From: Gemmatimonadota bacterium
GTDB taxonomy: Bacteria; Gemmatimonadota; Gemmatimonadetes; Gemmatimonadales; GWC2-71-9
DNA: 64,000 bases
Direction: 5' to 3'
NCBI GenBank assembly: GCA_036679605.1
Contig: JAZDCZ010000419.1
Span: forward strand, 64,001-128,000
Positions 19,533 through 30,200 of the stretch are shown here, piece after piece; within the stretch, counting starts at the first letter, position 1, and every line of letters begins with the position of its first letter. Under the pieces are notes generated by a model. That model was not told the origin of the DNA and did not search any database. It saw only the letters and a list, made by a program, of their open reading frames with translations. The translations under genes and the position numbers were made by a program.

Positions 19533-20377
19533 CTTTTTATCCGTTAGTCATACACGTCGGTCCCTTAGCAATCACTGGCTTTGGAATCATGATGATGGTC
19601 GGTTTCATGATGGCCGGTTGGGTCATGCAGGTAGATCTGCGTGAACGTGGAATGAGCGAACGATATGCAGAACAGATTATTGTAGCCGGTGTGGCCGGGG
19701 GGATCCTGGGCGCAAAGGTGTGGTACGTCGCTCTATATCACGACAGTGCTCAATTCTTTTCACGGGGGGGTCTCGTCTGGTACGGCGGATTTATCGTTGC
19801 CGTTGTTGCCATCTTGCTCAACGGCAAGCGGCTTCGCGTCCCGGCACGATTTACCCTGGACCTGGCAGCGCCGGCGCTTGCTTTGGGACACGCGCTGGGA
19901 CGCGTTGGCTGCTTTCTCATCCAGGACGACTACGGAATTCCGACCTCACTGCCATGGGGTGTAAAGTTTCCCGCAGGTTATCCGCCGACTACCGCGATCA
20001 ATTTGCAAAGATGGGGAATTGAGGTACCGAGTGACGCCTTGCCGACTGACGTAATTGCAGTACATCCCACGCAACTATACGAAGTGGCCGCTCTGATGTT
20101 CATATTTTGGCTGCTGTGGAGACTGCGGCGTCACAACCACGCGGTTGGCTGGCTGGCTGCCCTCTACTTCGTAGTGAATGGACTCGAGAGGTTTCTCGTA
20201 GAGTTTATCCGGGCCAAGGACGACCGACTACTCGCCGGGTTCACTATTGCCCAGGCTACGAGCGTAGCAGTCATGGTAGTTGGGTTCGTATTGATGGCCG
20301 TCTGGCACGACAAGAGCGAAGTCGATATTCCGAACGACGCTCGAGTACTTAGTGAAGCTCATGCCGCTGGGACCTAA
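19529..20377 (+). CDS. lgt: Prolipoprotein diacylglyceryl transferase
   Basis: Multi-TM; GGLVWYGG, GRVGCFL, HPTQLYE, RFLVEFIR. Confidence 0.92.
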   Translation: MTFYPLVIHVGPLAITGFGIMMMVGFMMAGWVMQVDLRERGMSERYAEQIIVAGVAGGILGAKVWYVALYHDSAQFFSRGGLVWYGGFIVAVVAILLNGKRLRVPARFTLDLAAPALALGHALGRVGCFLIQDDYGIPTSLPWGVKFPAGYPPTTAINLQRWGIEVPSDALPTDVIAVHPTQLYEVAALMFIFWLLWRLRRHNHAVGWLAALYFVVNGLERFLVEFIRAKDDRLLAGFTIAQATSVAVMVVGFVLMAVWHDKSEVDIPNDARVLSEAHAAGT

Positions 20378-21207
20378 ACAGCCAGCACAGCTTCGCGCAT
20401 TTCAGCGGCAGATTGCCAGCGGTCTTCTCTGTCTTTTTTCAGTGCTCGACGAACTATTTCGGCAAGAGCTTCGGAAACATCTTTGCGGAATTCTGTTATG
20501 TCCGGAGCTGGAGCGGCGTGGTGCATCGAGAGCACCAATTCTTCCCTCAGGGACGTAAAAGGCGGTCTGCCAGCCAAGCACTCGAACAGCACACAGCCCA
20601 GCGAGTAGAGATCACTGCGGTGATCGATGTCCTCCACGCCCGACACCTGTTCCGGACTCATATATGAGGACGTACCAACGGCAAAGCCGGAGCGGGTGAG
20701 CCGGTCATGACCCGATGAAGCGATAACTCGGGCTATTCCGAAATCCATCAGCACCGGGCCAGTCGAAGCAAGCACTACGTTTTCAGGCTTGACGTCCCGA
20801 TGTACGATACCCATGTCGTGCGCATACTTCAGGGCATCAAGCAGCTGTGCAGCGATGTGACAGGTGTCGCTGATCGAAGCTTGCTTTACTCGGGTCAAGT
20901 GTTCGCGAAGTGTTGGACCCGCAATGTAATCCATCACGTAATACACAAGCCAATCTGATTCACCATAGTCGGTTAGACTTGCGATATTCGGATGATCGAT
21001 CTTGGAGAGGAATGAGATCTCACGCACGAACCGCTCGGCAGTTACGCTGACAGCCAGTTCCGGGTGAAGGATCTTTAGAGCCACCGGTGAGCCACTCTTG
21101 TCTCGGGCAAGAAACACCCGAGCTGCGCCACCGCGCGCCAGTTCTCTATCGACCTCGTATCGATCCTTCAACACCTTTCGAACGGTGGGAAGTAGATCCC
21201 GCGCGAT
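20374..21207 (-). CDS. Hanks-type Ser/Thr protein kinase, catalytic domain only
   Basis: ARGGAARV, VALK, HRDVKPEN, DFG, YMSPEQ, DLYSLG. Start is ATC at 21207 (SD-supported) or GTG at 21174. Confidence 0.9.
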   Translation of the reverse strand: MARDLLPTVRKVLKDRYEVDRELARGGAARVFLARDKSGSPVALKILHPELAVSVTAERFVREISFLSKIDHPNIASLTDYGESDWLVYYVMDYIAGPTLREHLTRVKQASISDTCHIAAQLLDALKYAHDMGIVHRDVKPENVVLASTGPVLMDFGIARVIASSGHDRLTRSGFAVGTSSYMSPEQVSGVEDIDHRSDLYSLGCVLFECLAGRPPFTSLREELVLSMHHAAPAPDITEFRKDVSEALAEIVRRALKKDREDRWQSAAEMREAVLAV

Positions 21208-21294
21208 TGTATCCCCCTTTTGAAAAGACCTAAACGACTAAAGTTGGAGGGAAACAGAAGTACCGCAAGTCCGCGGTGGCTTCAGCGATCTTGT

Positions 21295-23316
21295 TCAGTC
21301 TGCCCGAACTAGCCTCGGCTCAAGCCAAAACACCCAGAGCAGCGCTCCAAAGAGTGCTGTAGCGATCAAGAGTTGGCTAAACAACGTCTGCGCGGTTGGA
21401 AAGATCCCCAAAGCCGGTATAGCAGGGACCCAATTCAGCGGAGTAATCGAGATAATGCCTATCTCCTGCAACTCGGACACTCCCTGTCCAGCAAAACTGA
21501 ACGCCATTACGTAGAGCAACCCGCTAGTCGCCGCGAAAAAAGGCTTCAGTGGCAAACGCACACTGTACCGCTGCATCAAGAAGTAGACAACACCAAGCAC
21601 AATCAAACCAACACCGATTCCGGAACCAACGGCCACTGCTGATCCAGAACTGCCATCGGAACTGGTGACTAGAGCGGAGAAGAAAAGCACAGTCTCAAAC
21701 CCCTCGCGATATACGGCAAGAAACGCCACTGCTGCAAGCGCCAGTGTCCGCTTGCTGTTCATGGCTCGCTGCATCTGATTGCCGACAAACGCTTGCCACT
21801 TGCGCAGCTCAATCTTCGATACGAGCCAAAAGGATACCCAGAAGAGAACACCCGCAGCTACGAGCATTGTTATCCCTTCGAGCAGATCTTGGCGTCCCGC
21901 CGAGTGGCGAAACAACGTGGCGAAACCGCCAGCAGTGACGAGGCTCGCCACAACAGCAGCGAAAACACCCCACCCTATGTCGCGTTTTCGCTGATCGGCG
22001 CCGGCTTTCGTCAGGAAGGCCGTAAGCGCGCCTATGATGAGAATCGCTTCGAGGCCCTCCCGTAGCATTATGACGACTGACTGTGTGAATAGAATCCTTG
22101 AAGAGATCGTCGGGGTAATACTTGTCAGAGCAGCGTCTAGAGCATCGTCAACTTCCTCTCGGGCCTTTACGACACCGACCCATGCACCATCGGCCAGCAG
22201 GGTTCCCCGAAACTGAGTGAAAGCCCGCTCGACGTTCCGAGCTGCCTTCGCATCCCTAGACCTCACAGCGCCTTCAATTCGCTCGAATACCAAGTAGCCA
22301 TCGAGTGCGCGTGCGGCCCCGGCCTTGCGCTCTCCAGACGATCCCAACTCCATGGCCGCAGCCACAGCGGCCTTTGCACCAGCAACCGCACGGCTAGCAA
22401 CCAGCTTGGCATCGCTGCCCAACTCCTCAGTAGCACCGGCACCGCGGGCATATGCGACGAGATCCTGGATGCTTGTCGACCCTACCGCTCCCGTCATCGA
22501 GTCGAGAATCGCAGCCAGAGAGTCATCCGATAGGGCGGCGGTTTCGGAGAAATCACTGATCAGCAAATTGCATTCAGGGCACTGCAAAGCGAGTTGCGCT
22601 GCACCCCGATCTCTCGCGTCCTGCGAGAAACGCAACGTGGAAGCATAGAGCGCTAATGCCCACCGGTCATCCAGACCGAGTCGACCATCGAAACCTGGCA
22701 TCGCCGTGCCGGACACGCCGACGTTTAGTTTGCGGAAGAAATCGAGCGGACTGACAACACGAAGGGTCTGCTGGTCCGTTAGGTCAGCCGGAGGCGGGTC
22801 GAGTGTCTTCGCCATCGATCCATCTCCCGTTCCGTTCTCTCCATGGCACTGCATGCAATGCTTGGAGTAGAGGGCTTCGCCTCGTGCGAGCGAAGGAGCA
22901 CCTCCCGGCATTACGTCAAGCGTGACATGGAGGCTACTCTCGAGCAAATCTCTCAATGCAACGAGAGATTCACCGATTTCCCCATCAGAACGCAGTGCAG
23001 AGAACCCCGCTCCAATGGAGTCGAAGTAACCAAGGACTTGCCGCCGAGTTCCCTCTGGCAGCAGCGTCGCCGACTGCCTGGCCTCATCAAGGAAGAGCCG
23101 TGCCTCTCGCAACTCACCCTCATTGATAACCCGCCCTCCAACAACTCCGACTCCATACTCGTCTATGGCGATGCTGACCAGATCTGCAATGCGGCGCGCG
23201 GCAGTTGTTGCCGCATCTGCCTGTCCCGAGAGCCGGACCGGGGCCGCAACCGCATGTAGTGCCAGCAGTCCAGCTATAATATATCGTCTTGGATACAAGA
23301 TGAGAATCGTTCTCAA
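21295..23316 (-). CDS. Cytochrome c - FTR1 iron permease fusion (PbrT/EfeU-like)
   Basis: CMQCH heme motif; two REGxE motifs (REGLE, REGFE); C-terminal TM bundle. Start uncertain. Confidence 0.88.
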   Translation of the reverse strand: MRTILILYPRRYIIAGLLALHAVAAPVRLSGQADAATTAARRIADLVSIAIDEYGVGVVGGRVINEGELREARLFLDEARQSATLLPEGTRRQVLGYFDSIGAGFSALRSDGEIGESLVALRDLLESSLHVTLDVMPGGAPSLARGEALYSKHCMQCHGENGTGDGSMAKTLDPPPADLTDQQTLRVVSPLDFFRKLNVGVSGTAMPGFDGRLGLDDRWALALYASTLRFSQDARDRGAAQLALQCPECNLLISDFSETAALSDDSLAAILDSMTGAVGSTSIQDLVAYARGAGATEELGSDAKLVASRAVAGAKAAVAAAMELGSSGERKAGAARALDGYLVFERIEGAVRSRDAKAARNVERAFTQFRGTLLADGAWVGVVKAREEVDDALDAALTSITPTISSRILFTQSVVIMLREGLEAILIIGALTAFLTKAGADQRKRDIGWGVFAAVVASLVTAGGFATLFRHSAGRQDLLEGITMLVAAGVLFWVSFWLVSKIELRKWQAFVGNQMQRAMNSKRTLALAAVAFLAVYREGFETVLFFSALVTSSDGSSGSAVAVGSGIGVGLIVLGVVYFLMQRYSVRLPLKPFFAATSGLLYVMAFSFAGQGVSELQEIGIISITPLNWVPAIPALGIFPTAQTLFSQLLIATALFGALLWVFWLEPRLVRAD
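23301..23315. promoter_or_regulatory. Fur-box-like operator
   Basis: TGAGAA-TCG-TTCTCA inverted repeat, close to TGATAATnATTATCA, at the 5' end of the iron permease. Confidence 0.7.
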
Positions 23317-23366
23317 GTAAAGTGGACGCGAAATCTAGCCAGGCACTAGCTGAAAGGCAACCAGGT

Positions 23367-23750
23367 TCACTGGACCAGAATGACTACGGCAGCGGCCTGG
23401 CTTTCTGAATGCGTGAGGGACAGTAAGAGACCTGAAACCCCTATCTCGGCTGCGCCTGCCTTTGCGCGACCATGCAACTCCAAGCTCGGTCGACTGTTTG
23501 AGTCCCGAACCACTTCGACGTCGCGCCACCAAAAGACTCGGTCGACACCGCCCTGCGATAGGGCCTTATAGGCTGCTTCTTTTGCCGCGATGCGGGCCGC
23601 CACGTGCCTAGCAGGCGTAGCTTGGGAAAGACAGTATTCTCTTTCCGCCGATGTTAGGATCCGCCGCAACGCCCTCTCACCATGTCGATCGAGCAGCCGC
23701 TCCACGCGTCCTATGTCGACCAGGTCCAGCCCGACGGCCAGCGGCGTCAC
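23367..23750 (-). CDS. acpS: Holo-ACP synthase
   Basis: GLDLVDI, AARIAAKEAAYKAL, LSLTH. Confidence 0.93.
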   Translation of the reverse strand: MTPLAVGLDLVDIGRVERLLDRHGERALRRILTSAEREYCLSQATPARHVAARIAAKEAAYKALSQGGVDRVFWWRDVEVVRDSNSRPSLELHGRAKAGAAEIGVSGLLLSLTHSESQAAAVVILVQ

Positions 23751-24490
23751 TTCCCGAAAACCGCTTCCCAGCCCTGACTAAACCAGGCCGGTGGCCGGGT
23801 ATAACCGGCGAAAATGAGCCCGAACCAAATCGCCCAACCGAGAGCCACTGTGCTCACCAAGACAACGGGCCAGACCGGCTTTTTCCACTGGGCCACGCGA
23901 TCCGCTTCCTGACTCCAGTAAATCGATTCTTGCCCGACCGCCTGCTCAAGTGAAAGCCACGCATCCTCGAGCTGTCGAGCTGCCGATCTCAGAGCCTCTT
24001 GCCAGTGCTCTACCACGTCTCGCTGCAGCGCCGTTGCTTCCAAAGCTCCCGCTGCAGCTAGCTCCAGGCGGTCCAGCACACTAATCAGGCGACTCCCAGC
24101 CGATCCTAACCGGGCCACCAGGGATCGCCTTTCTGCAGCACCTGGTGCCAGTCGCCTGCGCAACCGGTGCGGCATGCCTACTACGATCGCCTCGGCATCC
24201 AAATGTTGCGACACATGCTCGAGCAAGACCTCCGCCACACCACTCACCGATTCTTCCCATGCTTCTTGCCAACTTGCTCGCCCCACTACCGAAAGGGCTG
24301 CCGCCCTCTCACCGTTGGCAGCAAGTCGTCGAGCTGTTCCGGCAGCCTCGAAAATCTTGGTGACCAGTTTATAGCGGATAGAGTCGAGGCGAATCCAATC
24401 GGGGCCGCGCTCAACACCGCTGGCTAGTTTGCCCAAGTACGGTCCAAGCTCGGGCACCCGCAACGGTAGCAGTAATTGTGCACCTGTCAT
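23747..24490 (-). CDS. Hypothetical helical protein with C-terminal TM
   Basis: Overlap-coupled to both neighbours; hydrophobic C-terminal helix. Confidence 0.65.
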   Translation of the reverse strand: MTGAQLLLPLRVPELGPYLGKLASGVERGPDWIRLDSIRYKLVTKIFEAAGTARRLAANGERAAALSVVGRASWQEAWEESVSGVAEVLLEHVSQHLDAEAIVVGMPHRLRRRLAPGAAERRSLVARLGSAGSRLISVLDRLELAAAGALEATALQRDVVEHWQEALRSAARQLEDAWLSLEQAVGQESIYWSQEADRVAQWKKPVWPVVLVSTVALGWAIWFGLIFAGYTRPPAWFSQGWEAVFGK

Positions 24491-25182
24491 GCGAAGATCG
24501 CTTCCACAACGGGTGCTGGGTCGGCAAAACTCGAAAACGTCGCGAACGCCCCTGCAGTGGCAAGATCCGACACTGAATACGACCCGGTCGCCACAGCTAT
24601 CGCTCGTGCACCAATTTCGGTTCCGCAGGTTACATCAGCTGGCGTATCACCTATGATGACGACCTGATCGCCGCGCGGTGTCTCTCCCAGAACATCGCCG
24701 GCCCGTCGCGCTGCTATCCCCGGTAGATCGGGTCGGTGAGCCGCGTCCGAGCCATAGGCTCCCACTACGAACCGCTCAGGATCGATCCCAGCCGCTCTCA
24801 GCTTGAGAACAGCTCCCACCTCCACATTGCCGGTCAACAATCCCAACACAGCATCATCTCGATCGTCGAGAAGATCCAAGAGTTCACTAACTCCATCAAA
24901 CACTTTAATCTGGCGGTCTTCCGCCACTAGCTCACTCGCTAACAGTGAAGTGTAACGTTTGCAAACCTTTGAAATGTGAGTCTCACTCTCCGCATCTGGA
25001 TGGCCAACGGCGGAGAGCAGTTGCTGCACTATTTGGGGATCGGTCTTGCCATCAAATCGAAATCCGTCGATTGGTCCGGTGGTTCCCATTTCGGCCAGGA
25101 GTGCCTCACGGATCGCCGATCTACCGGCTCCATCGGACCAGAGAAGAGTTCCATCGATGTCGAAGAGCACAAGTTTTTTCAT
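24487..25182 (-). CDS. HAD-superfamily hydrolase
   Basis: LFDIDGTL, LTGN, IIGDTPAD. Confidence 0.9.
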   Translation of the reverse strand: MKKLVLFDIDGTLLWSDGAGRSAIREALLAEMGTTGPIDGFRFDGKTDPQIVQQLLSAVGHPDAESETHISKVCKRYTSLLASELVAEDRQIKVFDGVSELLDLLDDRDDAVLGLLTGNVEVGAVLKLRAAGIDPERFVVGAYGSDAAHRPDLPGIAARRAGDVLGETPRGDQVVIIGDTPADVTCGTEIGARAIAVATGSYSVSDLATAGAFATFSSFADPAPVVEAIFA

Positions 25183-25189
25183 AGAGTTC

Positions 25190-26149
25190 TCAATGATGGT
25201 TTGCCATTGCGGGTACATCGTCAGTTCCCCGGGCAAGCCGAACAGCCCGTTCTATCGCGACGGCGGTCACTTCCTGGGCCAGCAACTCGATGGCGAGACA
25301 AGATCGTGGGGCAACATTCCCGGCGGAAACACCAAATACAACATCCCCATCAAACTGGGTCCCAACCGGCGTAATCCGTTGTCCCAAAGCATCTGTGGAC
25401 ATGACAGCCATGTTCATCAGATCCACTTGCCCTAGATCAGCATTTGTGGCCACTACTACCAGTGTTGTGTTGCCACCCTCACGGCCAAAGGACGCTCCAA
25501 GTTTACCACCCCGTGAAAGATATCTTCGGGCGTCAATGAACCCGTCGTCGCTTCGTGCCCCGGCGATAATCGCGCCTTTGCCATCACGTATGTCACCGAA
25601 CGCATTGACGACTGCAAGGCATCCAACGACGATGTCGCCGTCGCGTTCGGCCCAGGTTCCCACACCACCCTTCATGGCGGACCCAAGGCCCAGTGCCTTC
25701 CCTACTGTCGCGCCGGTACCGACACCGACGGAACCTTCCTCGACATTTTCTTGGGCGTTCTCACACGCCCGATATCCGTCTTCCGGTCCCGGCCAGGCAT
25801 GAGAAGAACCCACACCCAAATCGAAGATTACGGCAGTTGGTACGATGGGAACCACTCCCACACCGACGTCGTAGCCTCTATCGCGTTCTGCTAGCCACTT
25901 CATGACACCGTCGGCCGCGCCGAGCCCAAATGCCGAGCCGCCGGTAAGGAGAATACCATGGACCTTGGAAACGAGATGTCGCGCAGAGAGGGAGTCTAGT
26001 TCGCGTGTTCCTGTGGCGCGTCCGCGCAGGTAGGCAGCAGCCCTGATGCCCTCCCTAGGACCCAAGATTACAGTCAAGCCCGTGCCTGCACTGATCTTGG
26101 TTACGTGCCCGACCGTGAGTCCCGGAACGTCAGTGAGCCTGGCAGACAC
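25190..26149 (-). CDS. Peptidase family S58/P1 (DmpA-like)
   Basis: LTDVPGLTVGH, GGSAFGL, VPIVP, GGNTTL, DGDVVF. Confidence 0.88.
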   Translation of the reverse strand: MSARLTDVPGLTVGHVTKISAGTGLTVILGPREGIRAAAYLRGRATGTRELDSLSARHLVSKVHGILLTGGSAFGLGAADGVMKWLAERDRGYDVGVGVVPIVPTAVIFDLGVGSSHAWPGPEDGYRACENAQENVEEGSVGVGTGATVGKALGLGSAMKGGVGTWAERDGDIVVGCLAVVNAFGDIRDGKGAIIAGARSDDGFIDARRYLSRGGKLGASFGREGGNTTLVVVATNADLGQVDLMNMAVMSTDALGQRITPVGTQFDGDVVFGVSAGNVAPRSCLAIELLAQEVTAVAIERAVRLARGTDDVPAMANHH

Positions 26150-26172
26150 CGGCTAGCTTCAGACTCATCCCG

Positions 26173-26364
26173 TTAGTTCGTTGTCCCGCCTGACGAGTTC
26201 GGTACGGTTCCGCTCTTAGCCGCGCATTCCTTACAGCTTGTCACACCCCTGATCGAACAGATGATACAAATGAACGCTCCACAACTGTCGCAGGGATATC
26301 CTTCCGATGCACGCTCCTCATTGCCGCAGGCGCGACAAACCATTCCATCGTGTTCTTGACCCAT
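26173..26364 (-). CDS. Small Cys-rich zinc-binding protein
   Basis: Four CxxC pairs (CRAC, CDSC, CIIC, CKEC); strong SD GAGGAGG. Confidence 0.75.
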   Translation of the reverse strand: MGQEHDGMVCRACGNEERASEGYPCDSCGAFICIICSIRGVTSCKECAAKSGTVPNSSGGTTN

Positions 26365-26406
26365 TGTTCCTCCTCGATACTCGCCAGTGGGCCAACTGCC
26401 AAACCG

Positions 26407-27297
26407 TCACCCCCTGGGCATCATTACTCTCAGTCCCCCTGGTACGGCATCCGCAGTGAAAGGCGTTGTCCCACCCTCGTCTCCATCTGACTCGATGGGG
26501 ACGATTGGCTGGCTCTCGACCGTGATTTTCCGGCCACGGGCGTATCGTACGCGTCCACCATTACCCAATCCAGTGATCATCTGCCAAAGTGCCGACACGC
26601 TCTCGATCCGGTTCGAAGCGGTCATGGTTATCACGTCCAATAACCCGTCATGCAAGGTGATGCCGGGCCCGAACCTCACAAACGGTGGCAGAATTGCGCC
26701 GCAATTCGCAACGATTACAGTGGCAGCCTCGACCTCGAAGTTGGAGCCATCGACTGAGATCTGAAAGTGCGTAGGTTGCAAGTTACCTAAGACCTCCCAC
26801 GCTGTCGCCACGTAGGCCGCCATCCGCCACCTCCGTTTCGATTCTCCCGACGTACGCGCCATGAGTTCGGCGTCGAAACCCGCTCCGCATGCCACTGCAA
26901 AATAGCGCTCTGCCTTGCGACAAGTCAGGCGACCCACATCTACTGCAACTGGATGGCCCCGGGTAATTGCACGCGTGGCCCGTATCGGATCGCGTGGAAG
27001 TCCGAGGTTGCTGGCTAGAAGGTTGCCGGTTCCACCTGGGATCAGACCCAGTGGGACACCGCTGTCGACCATTCCAGAGAACGCGCGGATGGCTGTGCCG
27101 TCACCGCCATAGACCACGATAACATCCACGGATCCCGCCACCCCCTGTCGTGCCAAAGTGGTTTCGTCACCGGGTCCCTTCGTGACGACTACCTCAACCA
27201 CCCATCCTTCGGAGGAGAACGTGTCACAAACCGCCCTTACAACTCTTGGTTTTGTACGCGCTGCAGCTGGATTGTGGATCAACATCGCTTTAGGCAT
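26407..27297 (-). CDS. Diacylglycerol/lipid kinase (DAGK/YegS family)
   Basis: IHNPAA, GGDGT, PGGTGNLLA, GAGFDA, SDGD. Confidence 0.9.
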   Translation of the reverse strand: MPKAMLIHNPAAARTKPRVVRAVCDTFSSEGWVVEVVVTKGPGDETTLARQGVAGSVDVIVVYGGDGTAIRAFSGMVDSGVPLGLIPGGTGNLLASNLGLPRDPIRATRAITRGHPVAVDVGRLTCRKAERYFAVACGAGFDAELMARTSGESKRRWRMAAYVATAWEVLGNLQPTHFQISVDGSNFEVEAATVIVANCGAILPPFVRFGPGITLHDGLLDVITMTASNRIESVSALWQMITGLGNGGRVRYARGRKITVESQPIVPIESDGDEGGTTPFTADAVPGGLRVMMPRG

Positions 27298-30200
27298 CAG
27301 TAGCGCTTCTCCCAAAGGATGTCGGCACCCAACTGATACTTGAGGCTCAAATACTGGTTGGTCAGGGCGATGGCGCAGCTCTGCACTGGGTCTCCGCTGA
27401 TCGAGAACAACCACTGACGGCTGAAACGATATTCCAGGCTGGCTCCCACGTTTCTCGCACTAAAGAATTCGTCACGAGAACACAATCGCGGACTCACTGT
27501 CAGAAACCACTTATCTCCCAGTCGCTTCCCCATCGCTATCTCCGTACCCGAGAGCCCTTCGCCTGACACAGTCGGCCTGATCTGGACGTAGTCGAGCGGC
27601 ACGCCCAGATCTGAGATCAACGAGTACTCGAGTTGACCGGACAGTGCTCCCAAAAACTGGGCCAGTCCCTGATCAACCAAACGTTGATTGCCGGCGTTAC
27701 TCGTACCAGAAAACGCTTCGGCGTTTGGTGCACCGAAGAATAGGTATGAAAGAATCTCCGTCTCTGAAATCGGTGGACGCACGTCACTGGAAAAAGCGAG
27801 TCGTGGATCATAGATAGTGCCAGCGAGGTGAACCATGACCTCGATATCTTCACCCCGCACGCTCCGCACGACATGCCGTGCGTCAATGTCGATTGCGGCA
27901 TCCAGATCCGTGGTGCCGAAGTATCTCACTTCGCCTCGAGTCACCCTGAATTCTCGCGTAACGAGTTCACGCGCAAACGATGGGCCGATGGCAAGCCGAT
28001 AAGTACCACGAGGTGTCTCCATCGTACCACTCAGGCGGTATTGATCGCGCACCTTGTCGACCCTCACGGAACCCAACAATTCGACGTTGGCCTCTCCCGA
28101 CCTCAGCCAAACATCGGCACCCATCTCCATCATCAGACTGTCCACTCTCAGACTGTCTAGGAATCTGTTCTCGAACGAGCTGCCAAGTCCCTCTCTCCGT
28201 ATCAGCGTAGTATCGACCAAGTCGAAGTCAGTAAAGAGTGTATCCTCCAGGTTTACAACATCCTTGGTGATAAGGTCTGCGAAGTAAAGCACTCCCTGTG
28301 TAGCCGTACCCCGTCCCGTGAGAGTGGCGCCGAACACTGGGCCGCGTAGCTGAACATCCGCAGTCGCGGTGAGTGAAAGGAAATCTCTGATATTCACCAC
28401 ACGAAATTCCTTTGCCTCAATCCTCACGTCGAGAATCGGACGGCTCAGCTCCTCCATCCGAACGGTACCCGATATGTCTGCAGTCCCACCTCCACTCTTG
28501 AGGGACAGTCGATCGATGTTAATGCTGTCGCCCGAGAGTACGAATTCACCATTCAAATCTTCATGGCGTACTCTAAGGGTGCGGAATCGCGCGCCACCGT
28601 TAGTGACTGTGATGTTGCCAGTGAGATCCGGATTCTGCCATGTGCCCTCGATCCCAAAATCCGCATCAACTATTCCAGACATGTCATCTACCGCATCAGT
28701 AACCGCATTCATGAAAGAGAGATCAACGCCGTCCGCGACCGCTCTCACCGACACCGGACCTTCCAAGCGGCGCGCGTCTACTTCAGTCAGTGCAAGATCT
28801 AGAGGTAAGCGCAGACTAACATTTAAAATCTCCTCATCCGTGCGGAGTAGCCTGAACTCACCGAGAAGACGCTGACGTTGATAGTTTAGCGAGCCGATCA
28901 GCTGAAGTGACTTGACTTCGCCAAGGCTTCCGTCTTGCAAACCCAAGAAAAGTTCGCCACGTGGTTCGCGCGCAGATCCTTCCAAAGTGAGCGTGCCACC
29001 GAGATCGCCACCGACGTTGTCGTAGTCTCGCTGGAGAAGCATCCAAATATCTTGTAGCGGGAGTGCTTCGATCGACGTCGACAGCTGAGCTGAGCCGGAT
29101 CGCGGCAAACTGCCGTCGACTGTCATGATGCCTGCGCCTGCACTACTGGCAAACACCAGGTGCGAAAAATCCACAACACTGTCCGACACCCGGACGACGG
29201 CTCCAGAATCAACGAACCAAGAACTGCTGGCCAAGAGAAGTCCGGCGACGTCCAGGGGAATCACGTACGCTTCCCCTCTGCGCAACAATGAGCCCCTGGC
29301 GATCCAGCCACCGAACCCATCTGCACCGAATTGTCCATCGGTCCGCCACACTAGCGAATCGGTGCCACCGTCAAGCCCAACATTGACGTCACCGAACTCA
29401 AACTCCTTGAACCTCAGAGCATCTGTCCGGAAATCGAACTCGGTGTTTCCAGCAACACTTTCCCATCGACCTGAGGCTGAGACTGCATTGGCAAAGAGAT
29501 CACCTCTATTGAATTGCCGTGCCTCGAGGTTTCCAGAGACATGAAGATCTTGGAACGCACCGCCAACCTCGACGCTCACCTCTGCAGTACCTGACGGGCT
29601 GCGAGTCAAGGAAGACACGGAATCGAGCGGACCCAGCACCTTAGCAAGAGGGGCATCGAGCACACCGATAGAATCCGACCGAACAGCAAGAGTCATGGTA
29701 CCGCTTCGTGAGCGCCAGAGGCCAAGATCTCCACCAGCAGAGACGTTGAACCCAGTGCCCCACACACTCAGCGTATCCAACTGCAACAGACTGTCCCCGA
29801 TTTGAACTACCACTCTCGCACTGTCGATCATTACGCCCGATACCTCCGAGCCACCAAACACCGCACTTGCCTGAGCACTAGGACCGGCAACAACGTCTGT
29901 AACGCCCGAGCCAGTTAAGCGACCGAACAATCGAGTTTTTGGAAGGGCCGAGTTCAGCTGCTCCATGTCCACCCGAGCGTATCTCACGTCCAAAGCGTGC
30001 GCACCGCGCCGCTGAGAAAGCAGCACGAGCGATCCGTCGATGAACAAGCTGCCCGCCGGTCCGTCTAGGTTTGCATCTACCTGCAGCGAATCGAGGTAAC
30101 CTGTCACCACTGCTCTCCCGGCAAACGAAGTCAACAGGCCGAGTTGTGGGTAGGTAGTGCGAAATCCCGTCAGGTTCAATGAGTCGAGAACGAGTTCAGA

